Source: Reichenbachiella sp. (lineage in GTDB: Bacteria; Bacteroidota; Bacteroidia; Cytophagales; Cyclobacteriaceae). From it: a stretch of DNA of 64,000 nucleotides. The translations under genes were made by a program, and so were the position numbers. Where the stretch lies: positions 3,974,258 to 4,038,257 of the forward strand of contig OZ244943.1 of NCBI GenBank assembly GCA_965222305.1, read 5' to 3'. Below, in pieces: positions 9,425-19,134 of this stretch. Position 1 is the first letter of the stretch, and the number at the start of each line of letters is the position of its first letter. The notes under the pieces were generated by a model. The model was not told where the DNA came from and searched no databases. It worked only from the letters and a program-made list of their open reading frames with translations.

Positions 9425-11422
9425 ATGAACAAAACAACCCAAAACAGAAACATGGATTACATCCATGAAATAACCAAAAAGTCAGAGCGGCTTTTTTCTT
9501 TTGTTATTATCGGATTATTCCTATTTGGAGTTCTTATATCCTTCCACTACGATACGTGGGTTTTCGGATTGGGAATAGGAGGAGCGAATCTGCTTATGGT
9601 ACTACTTTCCTATCGGTTTTTCGCGGGTACGCTGTTGTCCAAAACTATTACCGGACTGGCCATGGGAATGTTTATGTTGCAGTTTGTGGCTCAGTTACAT
9701 GGCATGTATGAGCAGCACTTTTGGTTCTTTATTTTACCCATTTTCCTTATTCTCTATCAGGATTGGCGGGTTTTTATACCTTTTGGTGTTGTTGTAGTGA
9801 TCCACCATTCATTGATTTTTTACTTATCCTTGATTGGGCAGGATCAGTATATGATTTATCTGGTTGGATTTGGAATGAGCTTCACTACTTTTTTCTATCA
9901 TATGGGCTTGGCTGTAGTTGGTCTGCTTGCAAGTATTTGGATGGCTCTGAGTTTGCGAAATGAGACGATTCGTCGGCATGAAGCTAAATCCAAGCTTGAT
10001 GCACAACTGAATGAGATGTCCAAAATGGCATTGGACGTACAACAAGTGGCGAATAAGATTTTTCATACAGACAACAGAGTAGATGGTACTCAGGTATCAG
10101 TGGGCGTCGCCCTGGCATCGCTTCGTGATAATTTCTTATCAGAGATAGATGGAATAACTGCCGAGATGAATAGTGTGGTGAGATCGGCGGCGGATGAGGG
10201 GAATCTGGGTTCCAGATTAAATGAGCAGACTAAGCAAGGAGTTTGGAAAGAATTGTCTAATTCGATCAATACCTTATTGAATTCAATCGCTCTGCCAATG
10301 CAAGTCATTGGATCGATCATGACCCGCCTGGCTGATGGAGACCTTACCCCCAGATACGATGCTAGCGCTAAGGGAGAGATTCTAAAACTAGCCGGACACA
10401 CCAACAAAGCTCTGGAAAACTTAACCCGCCTGATGGCTGAAATGGCTTCGGGCATTAACTCCGTAAAATCCTCAATGGAAGACCTTACCAATAAGGGTGA
10501 TGAAATGGATGGCAATGCTTCTGAAATTGCTAATTCTGTTTCTGAAATGAGCTCAGGGGCTCAAAAACAGGTTCGTCATATAGACGATACCTCGAAAGTC
10601 CTAGAAGAACTTCTGCAGTCTGCCAGGCTCATGGATGAAAAAACCAAGCTGGTGAACGAGGCTACCATCAATGCGGTGGAATTTAGTAAAGAGGGCAATG
10701 ACGTGATTAGCAATGTAGTTGATGACATCAAGCTCATTTCGAAGTATTCTGTAGAAACAGAAGATTCAATACAGATCTTGAATGAGCGCTCACAGGAAAT
10801 CGCCAATGTACTAAAGGTAATTACTGATATTGCTTCGCAGACCAATTTACTTGCACTTAATGCAGCCATAGAGGCAGCACAGGCCGGAGAAGCGGGACGA
10901 GGTTTTGCTGTAGTGGCCGAGGAAATAAGAAAACTTGCGGAGGACTCACGTAGTTCCGCAACAGAAATAAGCGAGCTGATAGAGAGGGTTCAGCAGGATA
11001 CTCGCAAGGCAGTGGGTGTGATTCATGAGATGAAAAAAAGTGTGGGGACTGGCGTAGAATCCACTGAACGAGTGGCCACTACGTTTATGAAAATCTCAGA
11101 GAGCTCACAGCAGTCGTTTGAAATTGGTGGGCAGATCGTGGATGCCGCAACAGAGCAGTCCGACAAGATAGCTGGGGTTGTAAAGGATATGGAATCTGTG
11201 GCAGTCATAGCAGAAGAAAATGCAGCGAGCTCCGTGCAGATATCAAGCGCGGTGACCAATTTCTCATCAGGCATCACACATTATAATCAGAGCTTTAAAT
11301 CTCTGCATCAATTGGCGGATGACCTCCAAGATAGTATTAGCCATTTCAAACTAAATCAAAATGGACAAGGATTGACGAATGGCATGAAACCCGCATCTTT
11401 AGAAAAGGTGTCAGTAGGCTAA
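9425..11422 (+). CDS. Methyl-accepting chemotaxis protein with integral-membrane sensor and tandem HAMP domains
   Basis: Signalling hairpin [38 protein letters not shown]; multi-TM N-terminus; HAMP-like GNLGSRL...[10 protein letters not shown] and DGDLTPRY...GEILKL. Confidence 0.95.
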   Translation: MNKTTQNRNMDYIHEITKKSERLFSFVIIGLFLFGVLISFHYDTWVFGLGIGGANLLMVLLSYRFFAGTLLSKTITGLAMGMFMLQFVAQLHGMYEQHFWFFILPIFLILYQDWRVFIPFGVVVVIHHSLIFYLSLIGQDQYMIYLVGFGMSFTTFFYHMGLAVVGLLASIWMALSLRNETIRRHEAKSKLDAQLNEMSKMALDVQQVANKIFHTDNRVDGTQVSVGVALASLRDNFLSEIDGITAEMNSVVRSAADEGNLGSRLNEQTKQGVWKELSNSINTLLNSIALPMQVIGSIMTRLADGDLTPRYDASAKGEILKLAGHTNKALENLTRLMAEMASGINSVKSSMEDLTNKGDEMDGNASEIANSVSEMSSGAQKQVRHIDDTSKVLEELLQSARLMDEKTKLVNEATINAVEFSKEGNDVISNVVDDIKLISKYSVETEDSIQILNERSQEIANVLKVITDIASQTNLLALNAAIEAAQAGEAGRGFAVVAEEIRKLAEDSRSSATEISELIERVQQDTRKAVGVIHEMKKSVGTGVESTERVATTFMKISESSQQSFEIGGQIVDAATEQSDKIAGVVKDMESVAVIAEENAASSVQISSAVTNFSSGITHYNQSFKSLHQLADDLQDSISHFKLNQNGQGLTNGMKPASLEKVSVG

Positions 11423-11433
11423 GAGTAGCTGTT

Positions 11434-12615
11434 CTAGGAATTCAACAGACTCTTGAGGAAATTTTGATGAGTTTCAGTTTGTAGTTGAAGTGCAAATCTC
11501 TCTTCTGCAAGTTTCCTTGCGTTCGATTGGTACTCTACCAACAATTCACGATTGGTTAAGAATGGGCTGATTTTATTTTCAAAATCCTGAGCAGAATCAT
11601 GGATGAATGAAAAGCCGCAATCCTCTGTTTCGATCAGGCTCTTAATCCATCCGTCGAAATTAGTGATGACGAGCAGGCCGGCAGCCAAAGCATCGAAAAG
11701 CTTGTTGGGGCTGCCCGTGAACAGTGAAGGGTAATCGGCAAACGAGATGAACATGGCATCGGAAATGGAAAGGATTTCTTTCATTCCTTCTTTGCTTTGA
11801 AAGTCAACAATCCGGCAATTCTGAAGTTGGTATTCTTCAGCTTGATTTTGTACCAACTCCTTTTCGGCACCCATGCCTATGAACAAAAATTTTATCGGTA
11901 GATGCTGCAAATCTTTGATCACATGAATCATGCGCACCAGATCATTGGCCAGGCCAAAGGTACCGGTGTAGGTAATTACCAACTCGTAACCAATACCGTA
12001 TTTCTTTTTCAAATCGGCAGAAGCGATCTGTGGCTTGAAATAGTCACAGTCTGAGATGTTGTAAATCGTGGCAAGCTGCGTTGAGGGAGATTTGGATTGA
12101 ATGTAATCGGAGATAGGAGGAGATAATCCGATTGACCCCAGAGACTTTCGATAACATAGTTTTTCAAACCAGTAGAGGAAACGTTGTAGTAGAGTACTCT
12201 TGATCACACCCATTTCTATAGGCACGAGAGGCCAGAGGTCTCCAACCTCAAAAAAATATTTCCTTCCTAAGAAAAAGCGATTGAAAAGTGCGATCACACC
12301 GGTAGTCAAAGGAGTGGTCATAATGTAGCAAAAGTCGACACCCTTCAGCTTTATGGACTCAAAGCATGCTTTGACAGCAAACCCTACATAGGCTTTGATT
12401 CTACCCCAGTATCCATAGCTGTTGTCATAGGGTATGGGTAGATAGGTGACGCGAATTCCGTCAATCGTACGAATTTCCTTTTGAGGCGATGTATGAGTGG
12501 TAATCATATGTACCTCAAAACCATTCTGTACCATGGCCCGTGCCAAATAATACGATCGGATACTGCCTCCATCGGCGGGTGTATTAAAAAACTGATGTAC
12601 GTAGAGGACTTTCAA
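11434..12615 (-). CDS. Glycosyltransferase family 4 (WbuB-like)
   Basis: HQFFNTPADGGSIRS, FEVGDLWP, YTGTFGLAN and SPNKLFDALAAG motifs. Confidence 0.9.
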   Translation of the reverse strand: MKVLYVHQFFNTPADGGSIRSYYLARAMVQNGFEVHMITTHTSPQKEIRTIDGIRVTYLPIPYDNSYGYWGRIKAYVGFAVKACFESIKLKGVDFCYIMTTPLTTGVIALFNRFFLGRKYFFEVGDLWPLVPIEMGVIKSTLLQRFLYWFEKLCYRKSLGSIGLSPPISDYIQSKSPSTQLATIYNISDCDYFKPQIASADLKKKYGIGYELVITYTGTFGLANDLVRMIHVIKDLQHLPIKFLFIGMGAEKELVQNQAEEYQLQNCRIVDFQSKEGMKEILSISDAMFISFADYPSLFTGSPNKLFDALAAGLLVITNFDGWIKSLIETEDCGFSFIHDSAQDFENKISPFLTNRELLVEYQSNARKLAEERFALQLQTETHQNFLKSLLNS

Positions 12616-12705
12616 GTTCTGAACAGCGAATGCCGAGATATTTGCTATTTTTATTTCAATTTCGAATTTACTTCTGAATTCTGTAGAGAACTAATCCCAA
12701 TCAAA

Positions 12706-13068
12706 ATGAGCGAAGAAAAACTGACTGTAAGACTGAAAAAGCTGCATTGCTATCAAAACAATGAGGAGCGATTTGATGACATCTTTTTAATCTACAAAGG
12801 AGAGCAGATATGGCCGACCGACAAGCGCCATGAGGATGTGCCTGTGGGCACGATGGAGCTAATGGTCGATATCCCAAACGTGGAAGCCGAAAAGGAAATG
12901 GTGGTAGAGATCTGGGATCATGACAAGATCAGTCCTAACGACCTCTATGGCCACGCACGATTTGTGCCTGATCGGCCGGGTGGTGGCCCTTACACTGTGG
13001 ACATGAAGCCGGCTACCGAAGAGGAAGTGGCGCGATTTAGCATTGACTGGGAAGTGTTAGACAAATAA
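12706..13068 (+). CDS. Small C2-domain-like hypothetical protein (120 aa)
   Basis: Start moved to ATG 12706 because the upstream extension overlaps the GT4 gene antisense. VEIWDHDKISPNDLYG resembles the C2 loop-3 motif. Ends 3 nt before the CHAT gene. Confidence 0.6.
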   Translation: MSEEKLTVRLKKLHCYQNNEERFDDIFLIYKGEQIWPTDKRHEDVPVGTMELMVDIPNVEAEKEMVVEIWDHDKISPNDLYGHARFVPDRPGGGPYTVDMKPATEEEVARFSIDWEVLDK

Positions 13069-13071
13069 CAG

Positions 13072-16000
13072 ATGAGAAAAATCTACGCAGGAATATTATT
13101 GATACTTGGAAGCTACCAGGTCTATGGTCAGCAATGGCTCGAACTCTACAACCAAGGGGTTGAAGACTACAACAATTATGAATTGGAGAGCGCCTTGAAT
13201 AATTGTGAAAAGGCCTTGGAGTTGTTCACGACTGAGGTCGAGGAGTACCACAAGAACTCGGCAGCCATCCTGCGTCAGCTTACGCTCATTTGCTATGAGA
13301 GTGATCAGTTGAAAAAGGGGATTGACCATTCCCTGCGAGAACAAAAAGTACTTCAGGCGATAGGCGAGCAAGATCAGCTCATTTACGGCACTTCTCTTTA
13401 CAACCTGGGTTTGATATATTCAGCAGCCGGGGATTGGGAAAAGTCTGAAAATGCCCTGGACAAGGCCCTGGATCTTCACCTGGTGTATCTTGAAGAAAAT
13501 GATCCATCGGTGGCGGAAGTAAGGGGCAGCCTGGCATCCGCCAATTTTTACCTGGGCAACAATGAAAAAGCGGCTGAGCTATTCAGCAAGTCCATCACCG
13601 TACTCAACGATCAGGAACAGGCCTCTCCGGAGTTTTTCAATATTGTGTATTCCTACTCGGAATTTCAATTGACGAATAATGATCCGGCAGGCGCCATTAA
13701 ATCTCTGAAAGTACTCACTGAGTTTTACGATGAATCTAACTATGATGAAAACTACGGAAGCATCCTGGTTAAAATCGGTAGCACCTATCAGGCTCTTGGA
13801 GAAGTAGAGATGGCCAAAGAGCATTTCCAAAAGGCGGCTGACACATTTAGCAGTTTGGGTGCCTACTCATCTGTGGATAACCAGATCGCCCTGAGTCGGC
13901 TCACTTTCATTTTGTTGAATGAAGGGGGGACAGAAGAAGCCGCCGATCTGATGTCGAAACTCGTGGAAGCTCGATCCGGCAACAAAGATGAGGCCTACTA
14001 TACAGCAGTCGCTAATTTGGGAAACATACACTTTACCAACCTTGAATATGCCAAGGCGGGTGAGTACTATCAGGAGGTGATCAAGGCATATGCTACAAGT
14101 GACTTGGGCAAGGAGCCTTATTACCTGGCTGTCTCCGGAATGGCCCTGGTGGATCTGGAAAAAGGCCAATACGCTCAGGCGGTTAATGAAATTGACAAGG
14201 CATTGGCTACAGTTTCAAATAGTTCTCCCTGGAAGGTCAGGTTGCTACAGTCCAAGGCATCCGCCACCACGGCACAAGGTAAATATCCGGAATCCAAAAA
14301 ACTGCTCAATGAGGCCCTGGAATTAGCAACCTCCGGTTCGGATGAGGCTCTAGATTTGAAGGTGACCCTTGCGACCCTCTACACCACTACTCACGAATTG
14401 GCGAAAGCCGAAAAGGTGTATGCGGAAGTCCTCCCGGATTTTAAGAAAAAGAAAGAAACGGCTCGATTGCAATATGCCTCTTTTCTAGGGGTGTACGCTA
14501 CCTATCTCCAGGAATCGGGAAATTATCTGGATGCGGAAAACTCACTTTATGAATCAATAGAGATCAAAAAGGAATTGCTGGGAGAAAAAAATGAAAACTA
14601 CCTCTCCACCTATGAAAACCTTGGTATTCTCTACCTGACCAAGGGGAAGTTTAGTCTGGCAAAAGAGACCTTTACCAACGTGCTCAATCAAAAGGAGTCG
14701 ATGGCTGAAATTTCGAGCAGTTCACTGGCTTATACTTACAACAACCTTGGGATCGTGTCGAAATACCTGGGTGAGTACAGTGAATCGGAGGATTATTTCA
14801 GGAATGCACTTAAGTTTTACGAAAGGGAGTTTGGAAAGGATCATGCGTACTACGCCAATACCTCCAATGAACTGGCACTGCTTTACATGAAAATGGGCAA
14901 TCTGAAAGCTGCCGAACCTTTGTTCCAATCAGCGCTTTCTGTCTACGAGAAAATTCATACCAAAAAGCATGTCGAGTATGCATCTGCCCTGGAAAACCTG
15001 GCAGCCCTTTACACCCTTCAAGGCGAGCCTCAAAAAAGCAGGAGCATACTTGAGGAGGTGCTGGAAATAGACAATGAAGTATTAGGGACACAGCACCCGC
15101 TGTATTCAAAAACTCTGCACAACCTGGCGAGTACTTTGGAGGAGTTGGGGGAATATGAGCAAGCCTCCCGATACTACGAAGAAGCCATCAGAATCTATCA
15201 GGGATTGTTCGGCACAGATCACCCATCCTATGCCAATACCCTCTACAACATCGCAGTGCTTGAACAGGAGATTGGGAACTATGAAGGGGCAAAAGCCCAT
15301 TACGAGCAGGTGATCGCGATTAGGAAGAAGATATTGAACGAAAATCACCCGGATCTCGCCTATAGTGTTTTTGGATTGGCCTCGGTCCATCAAAAACTGG
15401 AGGATTGGGAGAGTGCGAGAGAGGATTACGATTTTGTGATCAACAGTTATTTGCATAGCATCAACACCTATTTTCCTTCATTGAGCGAAGAAGAAAAGAC
15501 AGCATTTTACGCCAAGATCAAGCCGGTGTTCGAAGCGTATCAGGATTTTGCTATTGAATATGTGACCAAAGAAAAGGGATCGGCTGACTCACGAAATGCC
15601 ACACTGAGCAACCTCTATGATTTACAGCTTTCTACCAAGGCTCTTTTGCTTAATGCCACGAACAAGGTACGTAATAGAATACTCAATAGCGGAGACGATC
15701 AGCTCATCGCAAAGTACAACGAATGGCTTTCCGAGAAAGAGGATTTGGTGAAGGCACTCAACATGTCCAACGAAGAGCTCTCGACCAATCAAATCAACAT
15801 CAAGTCCTTGCAAGCGAAGGTCAATGATACCGAAAAGGAACTTTCAAGGCTTTCGGAATCCTTCGCCAGCGAGTACGAAAAGAAAGTGGTGAAATGGCAA
15901 GATGTGAACGCAGCTTTAGAGCCTGGGGAAGCTGCCATCGAGATCCTCCGAATCAAGAAAAACACCAAAAACGATTCGATATACTACGCCGTATTGATCC

Positions 16001-17067
16001 TGAAAGGAGGCCAGCTAAGCCCTCCTGAATTGGTCATTGTAGATGATGGCGATATCATGGAAGGCAAGTACTTCAAACAGTACAAAAACATGATTGTGTA
16101 CAAGTTGGAGAATACCCGGTCGTATGGGTTGTTTTGGGCACTGATCGACCAGGCGTTGACCGGGGTACAAAAGCTGTATCTATCCTCCGACGGGGTGTAC
16201 AACAAGATCAATATCAATACCCTCTACGACCCGGATAAAAAAGAGTACGTCTTTGATAAATACACGATCTACCTGCTCAGTAATACAAGGGAAATGGTGG
16301 AGCAAGCTGGAGGATCAGATGGGTTGGCCGCTACCACTGCTCAGGTTTTTGGTTACCCCGATTACGAAATGGGCGGGGTGGCGGCTGTCACCGAAGCGGC
16401 AACCGAACGAGGATTTGACAAAGGAGTGACCGAACTGCCGGGTACACTCGAAGAGATCGACAACATCTCTCAGACCCTGGACAAAAATGCCTGGAAATAT
16501 GATCGATACGAGCGTGCAGAAGCCAACGAGCAAAACATTAAAAGTGTTGCCAGCCCAACGCTCCTGCACATAGCTACGCACGGATTTTTTATGCCTACCC
16601 TCACAAACCCGCTCAACGAAAACGCAGGGCTTCAATCTCGGGAGGCTAAATTCAATCCCTTGTTTAGATCCGGTTTGCTCATGGCCGGCGCTGCTGTGAC
16701 CTTTAGGAATGACAAGCTGGATGGTGAAGAAGATGGGATACTTACTGCCTATGAAGCTATGAACCTGGATTTAGATAAGACCGAGCTGGTCGTGATGTCA
16801 GCCTGCGAGACCGGCCTTGGCGAGGTGAAAAATGGTGAAGGGGTATACGGATTGCAACGGGCGTTTATCGTGGCCGGGGCAGACAATCTTATCATGAGCC
16901 TGTGGAAGGTCAACGACGAAACAACACAAAAACTGATGTCGCGATTTTATGACAACTGGATCGGTGGCCAACCCAAACAGGCAGCCTTCCATGATGCTGT
17001 GCAATCCCTAAAAAACGAATATAAGGAACCTTATTATTGGGGGGCTTTTGTAATGTTGGGAAAATGA
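13072..17067 (+). CDS. TPR-CHAT domain protein (caspase-like clan CD protease) with signal peptide
   Basis: Signal-like MRKIYAGILLILGSYQVYG-Q; many TPRs; CHAT motifs LYLSSDG, ELPGTLEE, LLHIATHGFF (His codon 16579), VVMSACETGLG (Cys codon 16804), SLWKVND and PYYWGAFV. Confidence 0.93.
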   Translation: MRKIYAGILLILGSYQVYGQQWLELYNQGVEDYNNYELESALNNCEKALELFTTEVEEYHKNSAAILRQLTLICYESDQLKKGIDHSLREQKVLQAIGEQDQLIYGTSLYNLGLIYSAAGDWEKSENALDKALDLHLVYLEENDPSVAEVRGSLASANFYLGNNEKAAELFSKSITVLNDQEQASPEFFNIVYSYSEFQLTNNDPAGAIKSLKVLTEFYDESNYDENYGSILVKIGSTYQALGEVEMAKEHFQKAADTFSSLGAYSSVDNQIALSRLTFILLNEGGTEEAADLMSKLVEARSGNKDEAYYTAVANLGNIHFTNLEYAKAGEYYQEVIKAYATSDLGKEPYYLAVSGMALVDLEKGQYAQAVNEIDKALATVSNSSPWKVRLLQSKASATTAQGKYPESKKLLNEALELATSGSDEALDLKVTLATLYTTTHELAKAEKVYAEVLPDFKKKKETARLQYASFLGVYATYLQESGNYLDAENSLYESIEIKKELLGEKNENYLSTYENLGILYLTKGKFSLAKETFTNVLNQKESMAEISSSSLAYTYNNLGIVSKYLGEYSESEDYFRNALKFYEREFGKDHAYYANTSNELALLYMKMGNLKAAEPLFQSALSVYEKIHTKKHVEYASALENLAALYTLQGEPQKSRSILEEVLEIDNEVLGTQHPLYSKTLHNLASTLEELGEYEQASRYYEEAIRIYQGLFGTDHPSYANTLYNIAVLEQEIGNYEGAKAHYEQVIAIRKKILNENHPDLAYSVFGLASVHQKLEDWESAREDYDFVINSYLHSINTYFPSLSEEEKTAFYAKIKPVFEAYQDFAIEYVTKEKGSADSRNATLSNLYDLQLSTKALLLNATNKVRNRILNSGDDQLIAKYNEWLSEKEDLVKALNMSNEELSTNQINIKSLQAKVNDTEKELSRLSESFASEYEKKVVKWQDVNAALEPGEAAIEILRIKKNTKNDSIYYAVLILKGGQLSPPELVIVDDGDIMEGKYFKQYKNMIVYKLENTRSYGLFWALIDQALTGVQKLYLSSDGVYNKININTLYDPDKKEYVFDKYTIYLLSNTREMVEQAGGSDGLAATTAQVFGYPDYEMGGVAAVTEAATERGFDKGVTELPGTLEEIDNISQTLDKNAWKYDRYERAEANEQNIKSVASPTLLHIATHGFFMPTLTNPLNENAGLQSREAKFNPLFRSGLLMAGAAVTFRNDKLDGEEDGILTAYEAMNLDLDKTELVVMSACETGLGEVKNGEGVYGLQRAFIVAGADNLIMSLWKVNDETTQKLMSRFYDNWIGGQPKQAAFHDAVQSLKNEYKEPYYWGAFVMLGK
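14590..15470 (+). repeat. Kinesin-light-chain-type 42-aa TPR array within the CHAT gene
   Basis: His codons of HAYY, HVEY, HPLY, HPSY and HPDL lie at 14842, 14968, 15094, 15220 and 15346, an exact 126-nt period. Confidence 0.85.
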
Positions 17068-17085
17068 TGCCAGATTTGGAACAGC

Positions 17086-19134
17086 ATGTATAAACATCTA
17101 CTTTTTGGTTTACTCTTTTCTCTTAGCTGTCTGAATCTGGTGGGACAGGAATCCGTTCGCGATTCTACCACATTGAACGTGGCCCAGGGTGTCGTCGTGC
17201 CTAATATTAATTCTCCGGCAGTGGACTATGCCCCTTCTATCTCTGCAGATGGTAAGACGATGGTGTTTGAAACGAACAAGTCCGGGCGATACGAACTGTA
17301 CGAATCCAAAATAGGCAATGATGGACAGTGGGGTGCTCCCGTTTCCATCGATAGTGTCAACAATTTCGGTAAATCCAACGACCTGATTGGCGGCCCCAGC
17401 ATCACCTTTGATGGCAATACGATGTACTTTTTCAGCTCGTTCAGCGGTGGAATGGGGGCTGAGGATATCTATTATTCAGTAAGGGAAGAGCATGGCTGGT
17501 CAAGCCCAAAAAATATCGGTGCACCGATCAATTCATCAGAATATGAGGGGTTTCCTTCGATCTCTGCTGATGGGAAAACCTTGTACTTTGTTCGGTTTCG
17601 ACCTGAGGGCCCTCCCGAGAAAGACCTGAGGAAGTTTATGGAAAGCCAATTCTGCTTCACCATTTATAAATCCGAAAAGGATAAAAATGGCAACTGGTCT
17701 GAGCCCACGAGACTGCCTGAACCGATCAACCGCGGATGTGAAAAGGCCCCACGGATCATGGCAGACAATCGAACCTTGATTTTTTCTTCCATGCGATTGG
17801 ATGGCTATGGCAGCTACGATATGTACCAGTCCCAGCTCGATGATGCAGGAGATTGGACTTATCCCGTTCCGCTCAATTTCGTCAACTCGGAGTTTAGCGA
17901 TCAGTTTGCGTCTATATCTGCCCAGGGTGACAAGATGTACTATTCTTTCAATTCTACAGACATTTATGCAGTGGACATTCCCGAAGAGTTCCAGCAGTTT
18001 AAGAATAACGTGATCCAGGGCTACGTGCGAGAAGGGAAGACCGGTGAGGCGTTGTACGCGGATATTTATGTACGTGATGCGTTTACCTCTGATGAAGTGA
18101 TGCACATCACCACCAACCCTAATGATGGCCGATTTAGCCTGGTACTGGCTGTGGGGGGTAGTTACAATATTGAATTTCGGGAAGAAGGCCATACCACTTA
18201 TTTTACCTCGTTTGACTTGACGCGGGAAACAGAATACAAGGAATTGGATATAGAAGTGGAGCTGTTCGAAAGTGCCCACCTACGGCTCAATATTTTCGAC
18301 ATAGAAATTTTCGAACCGATCGCAGCGGCTATAAAAATTACGAATGCCACAGGCGATTATCAGTTGGACACGATCAGCAGTCGCGAGACGGGCATGCTGG
18401 ACCTCGATTTGCCTTTGGGCAAAAACTATCAAATTCAGATTCAGAAAGAGAATTTTCATCCGGAGCAGTTTGAATTTGACATTTCCGGTCTTACGGTCTA
18501 TCCGGAGTTTGAAAAGGACATAGAGCTGATACCTATCAAGAAAGACGTGGACATTAATGTGGCGGACTTAACCAACAACAGCAAAGTCCGATCCAGGGTA
18601 AGAATCCGAAACAGAAACCGGGATGAAACGATCGATGTGGAAGGCAATCAGACGGTGGCGCTGCGGGTTGGGGATCGCTACGAAATCGAGGCGACCAGTG
18701 ACCAGGGGTATGCATTTAACTCCACGGTCATTGACGTAAATAACAATTCGGACAGCGAGGTAGTCATGAAACTCCAGCCGCTGATCGTGGGTACCAACCT
18801 GACGCTTAAGGATATTTTATTTGAGTCTAACTCCGACCAGTTGACGGAAACTTCATCGGCGGAGCTGTTTAGGGTGATAGGCCTGATGCACAACAACCCG
18901 ACCCTCGACGTAGAGATTTCAGCACATACCGATGACCTGGGTTCTGATTCTTACAACAAAATCCTGTCTCAGCGTCGAGCACAAAGTGTGGTGGCCTTCC
19001 TGATAGAAAATGAAATTCAGGATGACCGTTTTACTCCTGTCGGATATGGTGAGTCCGAACCCCTGGTGCCTAATGCCGATGATGAAAGCCGAGCGAAAAA
19101 CAGACGAGTGGTTCTTAAAATACTAGCGATATGA
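17086..19134 (+). CDS. PD40 (WD40-like) repeat plus OmpA C-terminal peptidoglycan-binding protein (PorE-like architecture)
   Basis: Signal peptide ending LVG-Q; repeats PSISADGKTMVF, PSITFDGNTMYF and PSISADGKTLYF; OmpA motif EISAHTDDLG...NKILSQRRAQSV...GYGESEP...NRRV. Confidence 0.9.
   Translation: MYKHLLFGLLFSLSCLNLVGQESVRDSTTLNVAQGVVVPNINSPAVDYAPSISADGKTMVFETNKSGRYELYESKIGNDGQWGAPVSIDSVNNFGKSNDLIGGPSITFDGNTMYFFSSFSGGMGAEDIYYSVREEHGWSSPKNIGAPINSSEYEGFPSISADGKTLYFVRFRPEGPPEKDLRKFMESQFCFTIYKSEKDKNGNWSEPTRLPEPINRGCEKAPRIMADNRTLIFSSMRLDGYGSYDMYQSQLDDAGDWTYPVPLNFVNSEFSDQFASISAQGDKMYYSFNSTDIYAVDIPEEFQQFKNNVIQGYVREGKTGEALYADIYVRDAFTSDEVMHITTNPNDGRFSLVLAVGGSYNIEFREEGHTTYFTSFDLTRETEYKELDIEVELFESAHLRLNIFDIEIFEPIAAAIKITNATGDYQLDTISSRETGMLDLDLPLGKNYQIQIQKENFHPEQFEFDISGLTVYPEFEKDIELIPIKKDVDINVADLTNNSKVRSRVRIRNRNRDETIDVEGNQTVALRVGDRYEIEATSDQGYAFNSTVIDVNNNSDSEVVMKLQPLIVGTNLTLKDILFESNSDQLTETSSAELFRVIGLMHNNPTLDVEISAHTDDLGSDSYNKILSQRRAQSVVAFLIENEIQDDRFTPVGYGESEPLVPNADDESRAKNRRVVLKILAI

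Noticed and set aside
12481-12705. N-terminal extension of the C2-like ORF in the track
   Set aside because: It overlaps the GT4 gene antisense and its promoter region; ATG 12706 gives a compact domain.
17536-18279. 247-aa antisense ORF inside the PD40/OmpA gene
   Set aside because: It lies wholly within a well-supported gene and has no motifs. The same applies to 1171-1770, 5168-5716, 34267-34794 and 39878-40549.
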